DNA of 64,000 bases from Candidatus Kapaibacterium sp. GTDB taxonomy: Bacteria; Bacteroidota; Ignavibacteria; Kapaibacteriales; UBA4661. Numbering within the stretch: position 1 is the first letter of the stretch; each line of letters starts with the position of its first letter. The translations under genes were made by a program, and so were the position numbers. The stretch is taken from contig JANYIG010000168.1 of the NCBI GenBank assembly GCA_025358765.1, positions 325 to 64,324 on the forward strand, given 5' to 3'. Of this stretch, positions 1-9,847 are shown piece by piece. The notes beneath the pieces are model-generated. The model was given only the letters and a program-made list of their open reading frames with translations, was not told the DNA's origin and ran no database searches.

Positions 1-833
1 GTAGGAGTTGTGGCTTCTGGTGTACGGGTTTCGGAGTTCATCACACCAAGACCCATACCCTCATTCATTTCATTATATGAATCAGCCCAGGCTGCATTTA
101 ATCCAGCTTGCATCATGCCTTGTTTTGCTTGGTCGGCAGGAAATTGAATGTATTGAAGTTCTGGTTTACCGATCGCATTTCCAATGATTGTTGCCGCCTC
201 GGAAAACGAAACGTCGCGTGCTCCGAGCAAGGGTAATACGGTGGTTCCCGTAAAATTCAGGGCAAGAAGTTTTTCCGCCACAACTTTTGCTATGTCTTGT
301 GTTGCAATCATCGGGATTGGTATATCACCTTTTGCCGACGAGCCTGTAATACCCATATTTTTGATTAAGCCAATCGTGGCGAACTGGTTTTCCATAAAGT
401 ATGTTGGGCGCAAATGGAGGATGGAAATATCGGCAAGAGCATTCAATTTTTTCTCGAACCGTGCCAATCCAGCAATTGGACCATTGTTCTCGGTCGTATG
501 AGCGCCGTTGCTACTGATATTCACTACATATTTTACGCCGGACGGCTTCAGTGCTGCAATATGCGCGTCGGCAATGACATCCTGTGCACTGCCAATGTCC
601 GTCCATGAATAATCGCCTGGAATTATGGTCATCACTGCCGTTGCGCCTGCGTAAGCCTTCGTGAGAAATGCCACGTCGTGTAAATCTCCTACGACAACTT
701 CTGCGCCTTTTGCAGCAAGGTCTTGAAGTTTATCGGCATGACGAGCAATTGCTCGAACGGGTTTGCCCGCTGCCAAAAGAGATTCTACAACTCGTTTGCC
801 GATGTTGCCAGTAGCGCCTGTGATTACGTACAT
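1..833 (-). CDS. NmrA-like NAD(P)-dependent oxidoreductase (atypical SDR); C-terminus runs off the window
   Basis: Minus-strand translation from ATG at 831-833 gives MYVITGATGNIGKRVVESLLAAGKPVRAIARHADKLQDL..., a Rossmann GxxGxxG NmrA/SDR-type N-terminus. The frame stays open to the window edge. It is divergent from an HxlR regulator, which is a classic pairing. Confidence 0.6.
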   Translation of the reverse strand, partial: MYVITGATGNIGKRVVESLLAAGKPVRAIARHADKLQDLAAKGAEVVVGDLHDVAFLTKAYAGATAVMTIIPGDYSWTDIGSAQDVIADAHIAALKPSGVKYVVNISSNGAHTTENNGPIAGLARFEKKLNALADISILHLRPTYFMENQFATIGLIKNMGITGSSAKGDIPIPMIATQDIAKVVAEKLLALNFTGTTVLPLLGARDVSFSEAATIIGNAIGKPELQYIQFPADQAKQGMMQAGLNAAWADSYNEMNEGMGLGVMNSETRTPEATTP

Positions 834-951
834 TTGTCTGCCCTTGAAAAACGTTGAACAAATAAAATTCTATTGCAAACTTACGAAGGTTTGTGTACTT
901 TTAGCAAGTACGCACTAATTAGTAATGTAGTATCAAAAAAGAAACCATTGG

Positions 952-1371
952 ATGAATAATATGGCTGCAGCATTAAAAATTCCTCGAAAAATAATCTCAA
1001 CCGAAAAAAATCCGGCGAATAGTCTGACCATAACCGATAAACGTATATGCGATTGCCCTGTGGAAACAGCATTAAATCTTATTAGCGGAAAATGGAAAGC
1101 GCGGATTTTGTGGAAGTTGCATACAAACGGCATTGTGCGGTTTGGCGAGATGCGAAAGGGGCTGGATGGTATTACACAAAAAATGCTCACGCAACAACTT
1201 CGTGAGCTAGAGGAAGATGGTCTTGTAAAGCGGAAGGTTTATGCAGAAGTGCCACCACGTGTGGAATATTCGCTCACAGACTTTGGGACAACGTTGCAGC
1301 CGGTGATGCAGGTGATAGCGGAATGGGGAACAGCGCACAATCAGAAAATTGTCAAGCTGCTCAAGCAGTAA
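952..1371 (+). CDS. HxlR-family winged-helix transcriptional regulator
   Basis: CPVETALNLISGKWKARILWKL...RFGEMRK...ITQKMLTQQLRELEEDGLV matches the HxlR/MarR-like wHTH signature. Divergent from the NmrA-like gene. Confidence 0.75.
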   Translation: MNNMAAALKIPRKIISTEKNPANSLTITDKRICDCPVETALNLISGKWKARILWKLHTNGIVRFGEMRKGLDGITQKMLTQQLRELEEDGLVKRKVYAEVPPRVEYSLTDFGTTLQPVMQVIAEWGTAHNQKIVKLLKQ

Positions 1372-1643
1372 ATTTTTCGGTGCATTTTGTGTTCGATTTC
1401 ATGATGCTTACGGTTCTAATGAGTTTTAGTCGGAAAAGCCAGTTTTTAGGAAGAAAAATTGCGGCAATGAACTATGGCTGTCATGACAAAACACTTCTAA
1501 CTAAAACCAACGAGAACCATGCTTATTTGGTTGGAGAGAGCAATCGTCACAATATTTGGGATTATAAATGTGACTTTTTATCGTCTAATAGCTCCTATCA
1601 TTACAGAGCATCTTGAAGTTTCACCATCAATAATCGTTGAAAT

Positions 1644-2213
1644 ATGAAAAAGCAATGGATAATCACCATTTTCATAGTTTATTCCGTTGCCGCAGAAGTG
1701 CTGCTTGGATCATGCTCATCAGCCGTCAAACAAGAGTCGCCCACACCGTCTGTTTTGTTCGAGGTGGAGTATCTGAATTACGCATGGAGTTACCAACAAA
1801 GCGGGTTGTATGTTGATATTGCTGGAAATGTCTATGGCTATCTCCGTAGAAAAGATCAGTATTGGGACGGTAACGATAAAACACTCTTTAGCTATGAAGA
1901 ATTGTTGAACAAATTCAGCGTCGGAAAAACACTTATGAAAACAATTGATGCCGCAACCTTGCAACAAAAAATAGCGCTCGGTCGGCAGGATATTGGGCAG
2001 TTGACAGAACCAAAATATAGGTGTGCTGATGCCGGTACAGTTTCGTTTTGGGTCTATCGAGTGGATACAGAATCAGGGAAATATGCGCGTACCTTACTCA
2101 CTCGAGCGGGCGATGTGATGCAGAAAAATCAAACAGAAAGTGGTACAGCACTTGTAAATTGGCTACGTTCATTGGATTCTGCTGCATATACACAACTTCC
2201 GTGTTTTGATTGA
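1644..2213 (+). CDS. hypothetical lipoprotein
   Basis: Signal peptide with lipobox (LLGSCSS). No recognisable domain. Confidence 0.4.
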   Translation: MKKQWIITIFIVYSVAAEVLLGSCSSAVKQESPTPSVLFEVEYLNYAWSYQQSGLYVDIAGNVYGYLRRKDQYWDGNDKTLFSYEELLNKFSVGKTLMKTIDAATLQQKIALGRQDIGQLTEPKYRCADAGTVSFWVYRVDTESGKYARTLLTRAGDVMQKNQTESGTALVNWLRSLDSAAYTQLPCFD

Positions 2214-2297
2214 ATTTTTTTCAACGCAAAGCGATAATGCCCAGCTAAGATCCTTCGATAGAATTGCAGCACAAACAAGAAAATGGTAATTTTGAAA

Positions 2298-2331
2298 GTG
2301 GTGGGGGAACCTGTTCTCCACCGCTTTTTTT
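2298..2331 (+). terminator. rho-independent terminator-like hairpin plus T-run downstream of the 1644..2213 gene
   Basis: GTGGTGGGGGA...TCTCCACCGC stem followed by TTTTTTT. Confidence 0.4.
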
Positions 2332-2355
2332 ATTCCGTACCAACCCTCAAAATCT

Positions 2356-3333
2356 ATGAGCAAGTTATTTTCTATTATAGTTCCCATCACGTTGACAACG
2401 GTTTTTCTGGTAATTTTGGCGGGCGGCGTTGTGCGGACAACTGGCTCCGGTATGGGGTGCCCAGACTGGCCCAAGTGTTTCGGGCAGTACATCCCACCGA
2501 CGGACGCAAGCCAACTCCCAGTGGATTACAAAACTCGGTTTGCCGTTAAGGGCAAGGAAATAGCAACGTTCGAGGCTTTCAAAACATGGACAGAATATAT
2601 CAATCGTCTGTTGGGCGCATTGTTGGGATTATTTGTCTTTGTGCAGCTTGTGAGCGGCTTCCCACGTTGGAAACGGGATAAATTGACCGTTTGGTTGTGT
2701 GTTGGAATGTTGGTGATGACAGGCTTTGTGGGATGGCTTGGTTCTGTCGTGGTGGCAACAGATTTGCAGCCTGTGAAAATTACGACCCATATGCTTTCGG
2801 CGCTCGTGATTTTGGGGATGTCCGTGATGATTGTGTTGCGTACAAGTCGCTCTACATCGTCTATTCAGGTGACATCGCAATTTTCTCAGGCGCTCAAACC
2901 ATTCCTTTTGTTGGCTCTTGGGATGACGCTTGTACAAGTGATGTTAGGAACGCAAGTGCGCGAGCAGATTGACGAGATGGCAAAAGTTTTGAACGGCGGA
3001 GCGAGGGATTTGTGGATTGACCAGCTTTCGGCGATATTCAAAATCCACCGTACGTTCTCGTTGCTTGTGTTGGCGGTGAATGCAACTATCATGTACGTCG
3101 TGTTCAAGAAGTCAGGCGGTGTGGTGGGAATAAGGGCGTATGCTGTAGTGCTTGGGTTATGTGTAACGAGTGAAATTCTGTTAGGCGTGATATTGTCGTA
3201 CTTTGCCATGCCAACGTTCGCGCAGCCGCTTCATTTATTATTTGCAAGCGGTATGTTTGCGGCGCAATGGGCGATGCTTCTGACAAATAAAACTCTCACA
3301 AACGTTCTTGATAGCAACAACGTTCAAATGTAA
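2356..3333 (+). CDS. ctaA: heme A synthase (CtaA/COX15 family)
   Basis: GMGCPDWPKC motif near the N-terminus and a multi-TM protein of about 325 aa. Confidence 0.75.
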   Translation: MSKLFSIIVPITLTTVFLVILAGGVVRTTGSGMGCPDWPKCFGQYIPPTDASQLPVDYKTRFAVKGKEIATFEAFKTWTEYINRLLGALLGLFVFVQLVSGFPRWKRDKLTVWLCVGMLVMTGFVGWLGSVVVATDLQPVKITTHMLSALVILGMSVMIVLRTSRSTSSIQVTSQFSQALKPFLLLALGMTLVQVMLGTQVREQIDEMAKVLNGGARDLWIDQLSAIFKIHRTFSLLVLAVNATIMYVVFKKSGGVVGIRAYAVVLGLCVTSEILLGVILSYFAMPTFAQPLHLLFASGMFAAQWAMLLTNKTLTNVLDSNNVQM

Positions 3334-3367
3334 GCCAAACAGGAATTAATTCGATACGTTTAATAAA

Positions 3368-3404
3368 AAGGGCAAACGATTTTTTTCGTTTGCCCTTTGT
3401 TTTT
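3368..3404. terminator. bidirectional rho-independent terminator between convergent genes
   Basis: AAGGGCAAACG-ATTTTTTT-CGTTTGCCCTT followed by TGTTTTT. It sits between the ctaA stop (3333) and the stop of the minus-strand gene at 3418. Confidence 0.6.
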
Positions 3405-3417
3405 CGCAATCATTGAA

Positions 3418-3858
3418 TTACTTCACTGTCACCGATCTTGTTGTTGTAAAAATATTCTCAACATTGTTATCTGTTACTACTCCCGTACTGAGTACAATTA
3501 CCGTACCTTTAGCAAGATTTGCACCCACCGTGTAGGGTATTGTCTGAACCGTTGCTGTAGATGACGGGGCAAATGTGACGGGAACTGAGACTGCCACTGC
3601 TCGGCTTGCTGTGCCGACTGCAGCGTAAAGTTTAACTTCTTTAATAGGGCGGTCGAAGGAGCGTGTTGTCACGCTTGCCGTTATCTGTGTTCCTGCCGCT
3701 ACCGATGCGGACGAAATGGTAAAAGCATCTATCAGCGCGGCAGAACCTTGAACGGTTACTAAATCTGTAAGGACGTTATTCTCTTTGTAGCACGATGTCG
3801 CTACCAACGAGGAAAAGAGAACAAGCGAACAGATGAAAATTTTTGGAATTGGTTTCAT
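3418..3858 (-). CDS. hypothetical lipoprotein
   Basis: Signal peptide plus lipobox (LVATSCYKE). The rest is Ser/Thr/Val-rich. Confidence 0.4.
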   Translation of the reverse strand: MKPIPKIFICSLVLFSSLVATSCYKENNVLTDLVTVQGSAALIDAFTISSASVAAGTQITASVTTRSFDRPIKEVKLYAAVGTASRAVAVSVPVTFAPSSTATVQTIPYTVGANLAKGTVIVLSTGVVTDNNVENIFTTTRSVTVK

Positions 3859-3901
3859 AATTATCGCAGTGAAAAGTATAAAATAGTCGTTGGTTTGAGG
3901 A

Positions 3902-5377
3902 TTATTTGCTGTCGCGCCACATCGGAGCAGTGAAAAACTTTACATACTTCTGAACATTTGTACCATTGCGAGCACGTTCGCTGCTCACATAGTTTGCTCG
4001 TTGTACCCATTTACCAGCAGCATCGCTATTCCCGTTCTGAGGATAAACCAACCCCTTAAACACATTCGGGTCTTGATTATAGCGACGCATATCCACCCAC
4101 GCTTCCGGATGAAGGAGCATGGATTTCCATTTCTCCGACATAATATCTTGCAAACGCAAGTCCTTTGCTGCCGGGATACGGTTTGTGTAGCGGGTGATAG
4201 CGGTATCGGCAACCCCCATTTTCGCCATGTTTGCACGAACACCAGCCACAACAGCATTGCGAGCATCATCCGTTGCTCCGACTGACGTTGTGGAGCCGCC
4301 ACTTTGCAAAAAGATCGCTTCTGCTTCAAGGAATTTGTGCTCCGAATATGTTGTCATTAAAATTGGGGCGGTAGTTGTGGCGTAGAAGGTGAATTCTGTC
4401 AAGTTAGCGTTGTTCCCACTCACTGTTCCCGCGCCATTGACGGCACCAACAAGCTGTGAAGCCGTTGCTGGAGTTGTCGCTTTGATAGGTTGAGCTATCA
4501 GGACTAAGCGTGGGTCGTCGTTCATAGATTTCACCGTGTAATCCGACCAAAGCAGCGACAAATTGCCCGTATTATTCGCAAGGGCAACACCCGTATTCCA
4601 CGGATTAAAATTGCGTGTATTGTAGATTAACGCAAAGTCGTCAGCGTTCGATGCAATACCGCCTTTAAGTGCTTGCAATGCAGCTGCACCGGCGGCGACA
4701 GAGCCTTTATTGCTCAAATGCAGAGCGTATCGAGCCTTGAGCGTATTGGCGAGTTTAAGCCAACGCGAAAGATTGCCGGCGTATATCAAATCCTCTGCAC
4801 CCGGCTTAAAGACGGATTCGGCAATAGGTCGTTGCAATTGGACAATAGCTTCGTCGAGCAATCGCTGAATTTCGGTGTAAATGGTTTGTTGTTGATCGTA
4901 ATCAGGTGTAAGGTTTCCACTGCCCTTCAGCCCTTGTGTCCATGGAATTGCTTCCCATTGGTCTGTGGCGAGACCGAGATTCATTGCCTGCAAAACTTTT
5001 CCAATGCCGCTGTACGCCGGCGATTGTCGTTGGTCGGCAAGTTTTACCATGCGGCTTGCCGTTTGGAGTGAACTCAGATAAATGGTTTCCCAGGCTGTGG
5101 AAGTCTCAGAAGGGTCTTGAGAATCAATAAGACCTGCACCGACATCAGCAGTTTGTTGTGCCCACCGTGCATTGGTAAGGCTTAACCAATAGTGTGCGTC
5201 AGCTGTACTTACAATGGTTGTGGGGAGCAAGGCACTTAAAGGGACTACCTCTTCAGACACTTGGGACGGATTTTTGTTGACATCGCCGCCCAAGTAGCTT
5301 TCGCAGCCCGCAAGAAGAGCCAGGGCAACCGTCACCATTGCGGCTGCACCGATAGATGATTTAAAAGTTCGTTTCAT
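3902..5377 (-). CDS. susD: SusD/RagB-family outer membrane nutrient-binding lipoprotein
   Basis: Start trimmed to MKRTFKSSIGAAAMVTVALALLAGCESY (lipobox). About 490 aa, immediately downstream of SusC and 37 bp from the SusC stop. Confidence 0.7.
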   Translation of the reverse strand: MKRTFKSSIGAAAMVTVALALLAGCESYLGGDVNKNPSQVSEEVVPLSALLPTTIVSTADAHYWLSLTNARWAQQTADVGAGLIDSQDPSETSTAWETIYLSSLQTASRMVKLADQRQSPAYSGIGKVLQAMNLGLATDQWEAIPWTQGLKGSGNLTPDYDQQQTIYTEIQRLLDEAIVQLQRPIAESVFKPGAEDLIYAGNLSRWLKLANTLKARYALHLSNKGSVAAGAAALQALKGGIASNADDFALIYNTRNFNPWNTGVALANNTGNLSLLWSDYTVKSMNDDPRLVLIAQPIKATTPATASQLVGAVNGAGTVSGNNANLTEFTFYATTTAPILMTTYSEHKFLEAEAIFLQSGGSTTSVGATDDARNAVVAGVRANMAKMGVADTAITRYTNRIPAAKDLRLQDIMSEKWKSMLLHPEAWVDMRRYNQDPNVFKGLVYPQNGNSDAAGKWVQRANYVSSERARNGTNVQKYVKFFTAPMWRDSK

Positions 5378-5414
5378 AATGTGATGTTCAAAGGATTGGC
5401 AAAAAGTAGGGAAA

Positions 5415-8400
5415 TTAGAAACCAAGGTTAACACTAAAGGAAATGCTTCTGAGCGGCGGCGTGTTCCTACCAACAAGACCAAAAATATTGGTGCCAGCAC
5501 CAAAGGCAAGTGCATCAGGGTCGAAACCCCGGAACGGCGTGCTCAAGAAAAGATTGTTGCCTGTAAGATTTACCCGAACCAACCGTAAAAAAGTTCCTTC
5601 AAGCAAGGATTTTGGTAATGAATATGACAACGTTACATTTCGCAAACGAATCCACGAGCCATCTTGAAGATTCATATATTTGGTGCTGTTGAACGAACCG
5701 CGATAAATGTTGGGGTCAATAAAAGCCGGTACAGTATTTGTGCTGCCGTCAGGTGCTACACCTGTAAAAACAGCTTCTTGATAGCGCAAATCGGTGAAAC
5801 CTGCCACACCATTACGATACGTATTTCGCTCGCCCATATCCACAACATTACCACCCTTGCGCCATTCAATGAAAAACGACAACGATATTCCGTTCCATGT
5901 AAAGGTGTTCGTGAACCCAAGCTGGAAATCCGGGAAAGCATTGCCCACAACAATGAGGGAATCTTTAAGCGTCGGCAATCCCGTGGTTTGGTTGATAATC
6001 ATCCGTCCTTCTGCATTTTTGACGACATCATACCCCCACAGGTCGCCAATAGCACCACCTTTGACAACCTTATTAAAAATTGTGCCTGCCGGATCACTTC
6101 CGAAACTGATTTCATCAATACCCACTGGCATGGACAGTACTTCACCCTTTGTACGAGAAAAGTTTGCAGAGAAATCCCATGAAAAATCTTGTGTTTCGAT
6201 AGGCGTTGCACGAAGCAATAATTCAAATGTTCTACTTTCCAATTCGCCCCCGTTTTGGGTGTATCGTGCATACCCGCTTGCATTGCTCACGGGAATCTGG
6301 AACAGCTGATCTTTACTGGTTTGGATGGCATAGTTTGCATCCAATGTAACGCGGTCATTTGCAAATTTGAATTCACCACCAAGTTCGATGCCGGTTGTGC
6401 GCTCGGGGCGTAAGTTTAATGCTCCGGCTTGTGGATTAACTCGGAAGCCGCCCGTGCTGCCGAATGGGAAGCCAGTAGCTACTTGGTAGTATTCACCAAC
6501 GCTGTACGGCTCAACATCCTTGCCAACTTGCGCCCACGAAGCTCGCAGCCGTGCTGAACTAAGAATGTCGCGTGGAATAGCGTCTTTGAAGAGTTCTGTT
6601 AGGACAAAACTCAAACTTGCGGAAGGATAAAAAAAGGAACGACTGTCAGATGGCAGCGTCGAGGAAATATCATTACGTCCAGACAATGTTAGGTAAAGCG
6701 TTTCGCGCCAACTAACCTGAGCATTAGCAAAAAAACCAACGATACGCCGCACAGACTGTGAACGGCTGGCAAAAAAGTTTGTCGTATTAGCCAAGTCATA
6801 AAATTGGTTCACGATAAAGCGCTCACCGCGTGTACTAAGGTTATCGCTTTTGATGTCGGTGATGGCATTGCCTAACAACACCGACGCACTCAAGTCATCG
6901 CTAAGATTGAACGTCCCCGTAATTAAAAGATTGGAGTTAATTTCACGATAATTAAAACGTTCTTCCGAGATAAACCCGCCAACTTGCGAACCAGCATCCG
7001 TATTTGCAGGCGCGTAGCTCGTGCGTTGGTCGTTATACGTATCAAGTGTGGCTTGGTAGCGGACATTAAGCCAGCTCAATGGATTGTAGTTAAAACCAAC
7101 ATCACCAAACAGGCGATTTACATTATCCGTAAATTTTGTATTTTCTGCGAACCAAAGCGGTTGGTCAACAATACCTGCGGTGTAGTTTTTTGCGCTGCCA
7201 TCGGGGAATTTGTAATCGGTAATGTCAAACGAAGGCGACCAGTAGGAAAGCGAACTAAAGATAGATTTGTCGCCACCTCGGGGGCGGGAACCGCCAGAGT
7301 TTGTATAATTCATAGAGGCATTGACGCTAAAAACTTCGGAAGCGTTGATGGTTCCTTTCAGCGCAACGGTTGTTTTGGCATAATCCGTGTGTGGAACGAT
7401 ACCGGATTGGTCAAGTCGTGATACGGAGGTGTAATATGTTGCTGTTTGACTGCCACCAGAAATGCTCAAAGTGCTATTGTAGCGTTTTCCTGTTTCAAAT
7501 ACATTGCGAAAATTGTCATAGAACGCCTCTCCTGTTAGTGAACGTGCTGGTCCGTTGCTTTGAAAAGCAGAACCACTGTACGGTTCGCGTGTTATGCCGG
7601 CAGAGCCTTGCCCATATAAGGTTTGAACACGCGGATATTTTGCCACATTATCAAAACCAATGGATGAACTAAAGTTAATATCGACTTTATCAATTTTGCC
7701 TTTTTTAGTTGTAATAATAATCGCGCCATTTGCCGCACGCAAACCGTAGAGAGCTGTAGCAGCTGCACCTTTCAAGACGTTAATGCTTTCGATGTCGTCT
7801 GGATTAACGTCGCCTGCACGGTTCGTAAAGCCAAATTGTTCGGAAGAATTTATAGCATTAGAGCCAACACTGGGAAGTGGGTTGCCTGCTTGTGTGGCGT
7901 TGCTAATAGGAATACCATCAATCACAAAAAGCGGTTGGTTGTCGCGCCCAGGTGATAACGACGTTACGCCACGAATGATGATGTTTGAGCCGGAACCCGG
8001 AGCACCACCGGAGCCAGTAATTGTCACGCCTGCAACACGACCTTATAAGGCAGCAACGATATTGGTCTCGCCGCTTCGCATAATCTCAGAACTATTGACT
8101 TCTTGCACTGCATAACCAAGCGATTTTTTCTGCCGCTCCACACCAAGAGCTGTAACCACAACATCTTCCAACGATTTGATGTCGAGGTCAAGCGTGGTGT
8201 TAATCGTGGATTTATCACCAATCGTTATTTCGCGGGTAGTAAACCCTATGTAACTAAAAACAAGTATTGTGCCGTCTGCAGGAATATTTATCCGATACTC
8301 TCCTTTTGTATCGGCAATAGCTCCCGCTTTTGTGCCTTTTACGATAATACGAACGCCTTTAAGCGGCGCTCCCGATTCGGCATCTGTCACCTTGCCAGTA

Positions 8401-8492
8401 ATGGTGCGGGTTTGGGCGTGTACTCCCACCGTCCAAAAGACGCTTAGAGCCACCACGATTAACCCACAAAGGAATGGTATTGTTTTTTTCAT
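5415..8492 (-). CDS. susC: SusC/RagA-family TonB-dependent receptor, interrupted by an in-frame TAA at 8043-8045 (possible pseudogene, sequencing error or strain-specific nonsense allele)
   Basis: The N-terminal ORF (8043..8492) has signal peptide, CarboxypepD_reg-like domain and start of plug ([19 protein letters not shown]...EDVVVTALG...). The downstream ORF (5415..8027) continues in the same frame ([16 protein letters not shown]...) and ends in the beta-barrel C-terminus ...SVNLGF. The single TAA sits where the family motif ALQGRVAGV has Gln. Confidence 0.75.
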
Positions 8493-8587
8493 ACAATATT
8501 GAAGAAAAGGTGAATAAAGGTTTGATTAGCAGTATTGCTGGTTACAGATTTTTGATATTGAACTTGTTTGATATTTCTTCGAGATTT

Positions 8588-8680
8588 ACCGCAGAGGCGC
8601 AGAGGTAGAGAGCCGATAAAAAGAGCTTTTGAAACGTATTCCACAATCTTGATTCTCTGCGCCCTCTGCGCCTCTGCGGT
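8588..8680. repeat. long hairpin: 18-bp perfect inverted repeat (ACCGCAGAGGCGCAGAGG) with a 57-nt loop, built from tandem CGCAGAGG/CTCTGCGCC units
   Basis: Read directly from the sequence. Located in the divergent region between susC and gpx. Confidence 0.6.
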
Positions 8681-8734
8681 AAAAAATCTTAAACAACTTC
8701 ATTGGCAAGCAAAATATCGTTTTATGCAGCCAAA

Positions 8735-8760
8735 GTAAATACTGAAAATTCAGTATTTAC
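8735..8760. promoter_or_regulatory. perfect 12-2-12 palindrome GTAAATACTGAA-AA-TTCAGTATTTAC (candidate operator)
   Basis: Read directly from the sequence. About 240 bp upstream of both divergent genes susC and gpx. Confidence 0.4.
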
Positions 8761-9000
8761 TATTACCGAGGAAACTTGCTTTGCACGACTCAATTATCAC
8801 AAGTACGAGTTAAGATAAAGCCAGTATTAGTAGGGCTTCTATGTCAGTTTGTCGAAGCAATACGATAAAATAAAACATAAACTTCCAGGATGCAACAGAA
8901 ACAAATACAATCTATTGGTACTTTTTTCGTTATTGCCAATTATACGGAGCATGTTCGTACTGTTTTAACCATCCAACCATCAATTTTTTAGGAGATTTCC

Positions 9001-9639
9001 ATGAAACCACTTCTTACTCGTTTTGCAGCCTTATCTACTGTGAGTGCTGTCGTTGTTTGCCTTGTGAGCGCCATAGCACTCGGCAATAATAAACCCAATA
9101 CAAACCGTGTGCACCGCACCAATTTTTCATCCGCCATGAGTGTTGTTTTCAATACACCTTCACCTTCGATTTATGATTTTACCTTAAAAAATATTGATGG
9201 CAAAGACGTAAAACTTGCGGATTACAAAGGTAGTGTATTATTGGTGGTGAATGTTGCCAGCAAATGTGGATACACACCGCAATACGAGGCTTTGCAAAAA
9301 ATTTATACGCAATACAAAGACAAAGGTTTTGTCGTGCTGGGCTTTCCGGCGAACAATTTTGGAGGGCAGGAGCCGGGAACGGAAGCAGAAATTAAGACGT
9401 TCTGTTCTACGAAGTATAGCGTAAACTTTCCGATATTCTCTAAAATTTCGGTTAAAGGCAGTGACATGCACCCGTTGTACAAGTATCTGACAACCGCAGA
9501 GGGTTTTTCGGGCGATATTAAATGGAATTTCGGCAAATTTCTTATTGGTAAAGACGGCAAAATTCTTGCTCGCTTTGAACCGCGCGACACGCCGGACGGT
9601 GAAACCGTAACAAAAGCACTCGAAGCGGCGTTGAAGTAA
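9001..9639 (+). CDS. gpx: glutathione peroxidase (Cys-type) with N-terminal signal/anchor
   Basis: LVVNVASKCGYTPQYEALQ...VLGFPANNFGGQEPG...WNFGKFLIGKDG are canonical GPx motifs. Confidence 0.85.
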   Translation: MKPLLTRFAALSTVSAVVVCLVSAIALGNNKPNTNRVHRTNFSSAMSVVFNTPSPSIYDFTLKNIDGKDVKLADYKGSVLLVVNVASKCGYTPQYEALQKIYTQYKDKGFVVLGFPANNFGGQEPGTEAEIKTFCSTKYSVNFPIFSKISVKGSDMHPLYKYLTTAEGFSGDIKWNFGKFLIGKDGKILARFEPRDTPDGETVTKALEAALK

Positions 9640-9662
9640 GGTTTCGATATATACGATTAAAG

Positions 9663-9705
9663 AGCGATAATGCGGTATAGCAATACTGGCTTATCGCTTT
9701 TTTTT
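9663..9705 (+). terminator. rho-independent terminator downstream of gpx
   Basis: AGCGATAA...TTATCGCT stem followed by TTTTTTT. Confidence 0.6.
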
Positions 9706-9847
9706 GCGCTTTTTTGAGGGCTATGTTGCTTCATTGCTTGTTTGTAGGGTTTGTCGGCGTATCTTTGCAGGATAAATTTTTTTCAAAATAGTCGAACGTT
9801 TGATTAACCTCAGTCTGAACTCCTGGCGAATCCTCAGCGAAACAATT

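Noticed and set aside
184-608. Plus-strand ORFs 184..501 and 414..608.
   Set aside because: They lie antisense inside the well-supported NmrA-like gene on the minus strand, and their translations have no protein-like features.
1323-1616. ORF 1323..1616 (97 aa) downstream of hxlR.
   Set aside because: It overlaps the hxlR 3' end, has odd composition (MGNSAQSENCQ...) and no signal or domain. It is probably intergenic.
3985-5130. Multiple ORFs on both strands nested inside the SusD gene (3985..4329, 4001..4285, 4673..5071 and others).
   Set aside because: They are shadow ORFs of a high-confidence SusD-family CDS.
5378-5515. N-terminal extension of the SusD ORF ([11 protein letters not shown]...), which would overlap the susC 3' end by 100 bp.
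   Set aside because: The downstream Met gives a canonical lipoprotein signal (MKRTF...LLAGCES), and the extension overlaps the SusC stop.
5443-8502. Numerous antisense and alternative-frame ORFs within SusC (for example 5664..6182, 5794..6309, 6984..7421, 8103..8447).
   Set aside because: They are shadow ORFs opposite a well-supported TonB-dependent receptor.
9800-9847. Upstream start (MINLSLNSWRILSETIM) for the GNAT-like ORF.
   Set aside because: There is no RBS-like sequence; the internal Met MNELLGEQL gives a more typical N-terminus. Either start is possible, so confidence is low.
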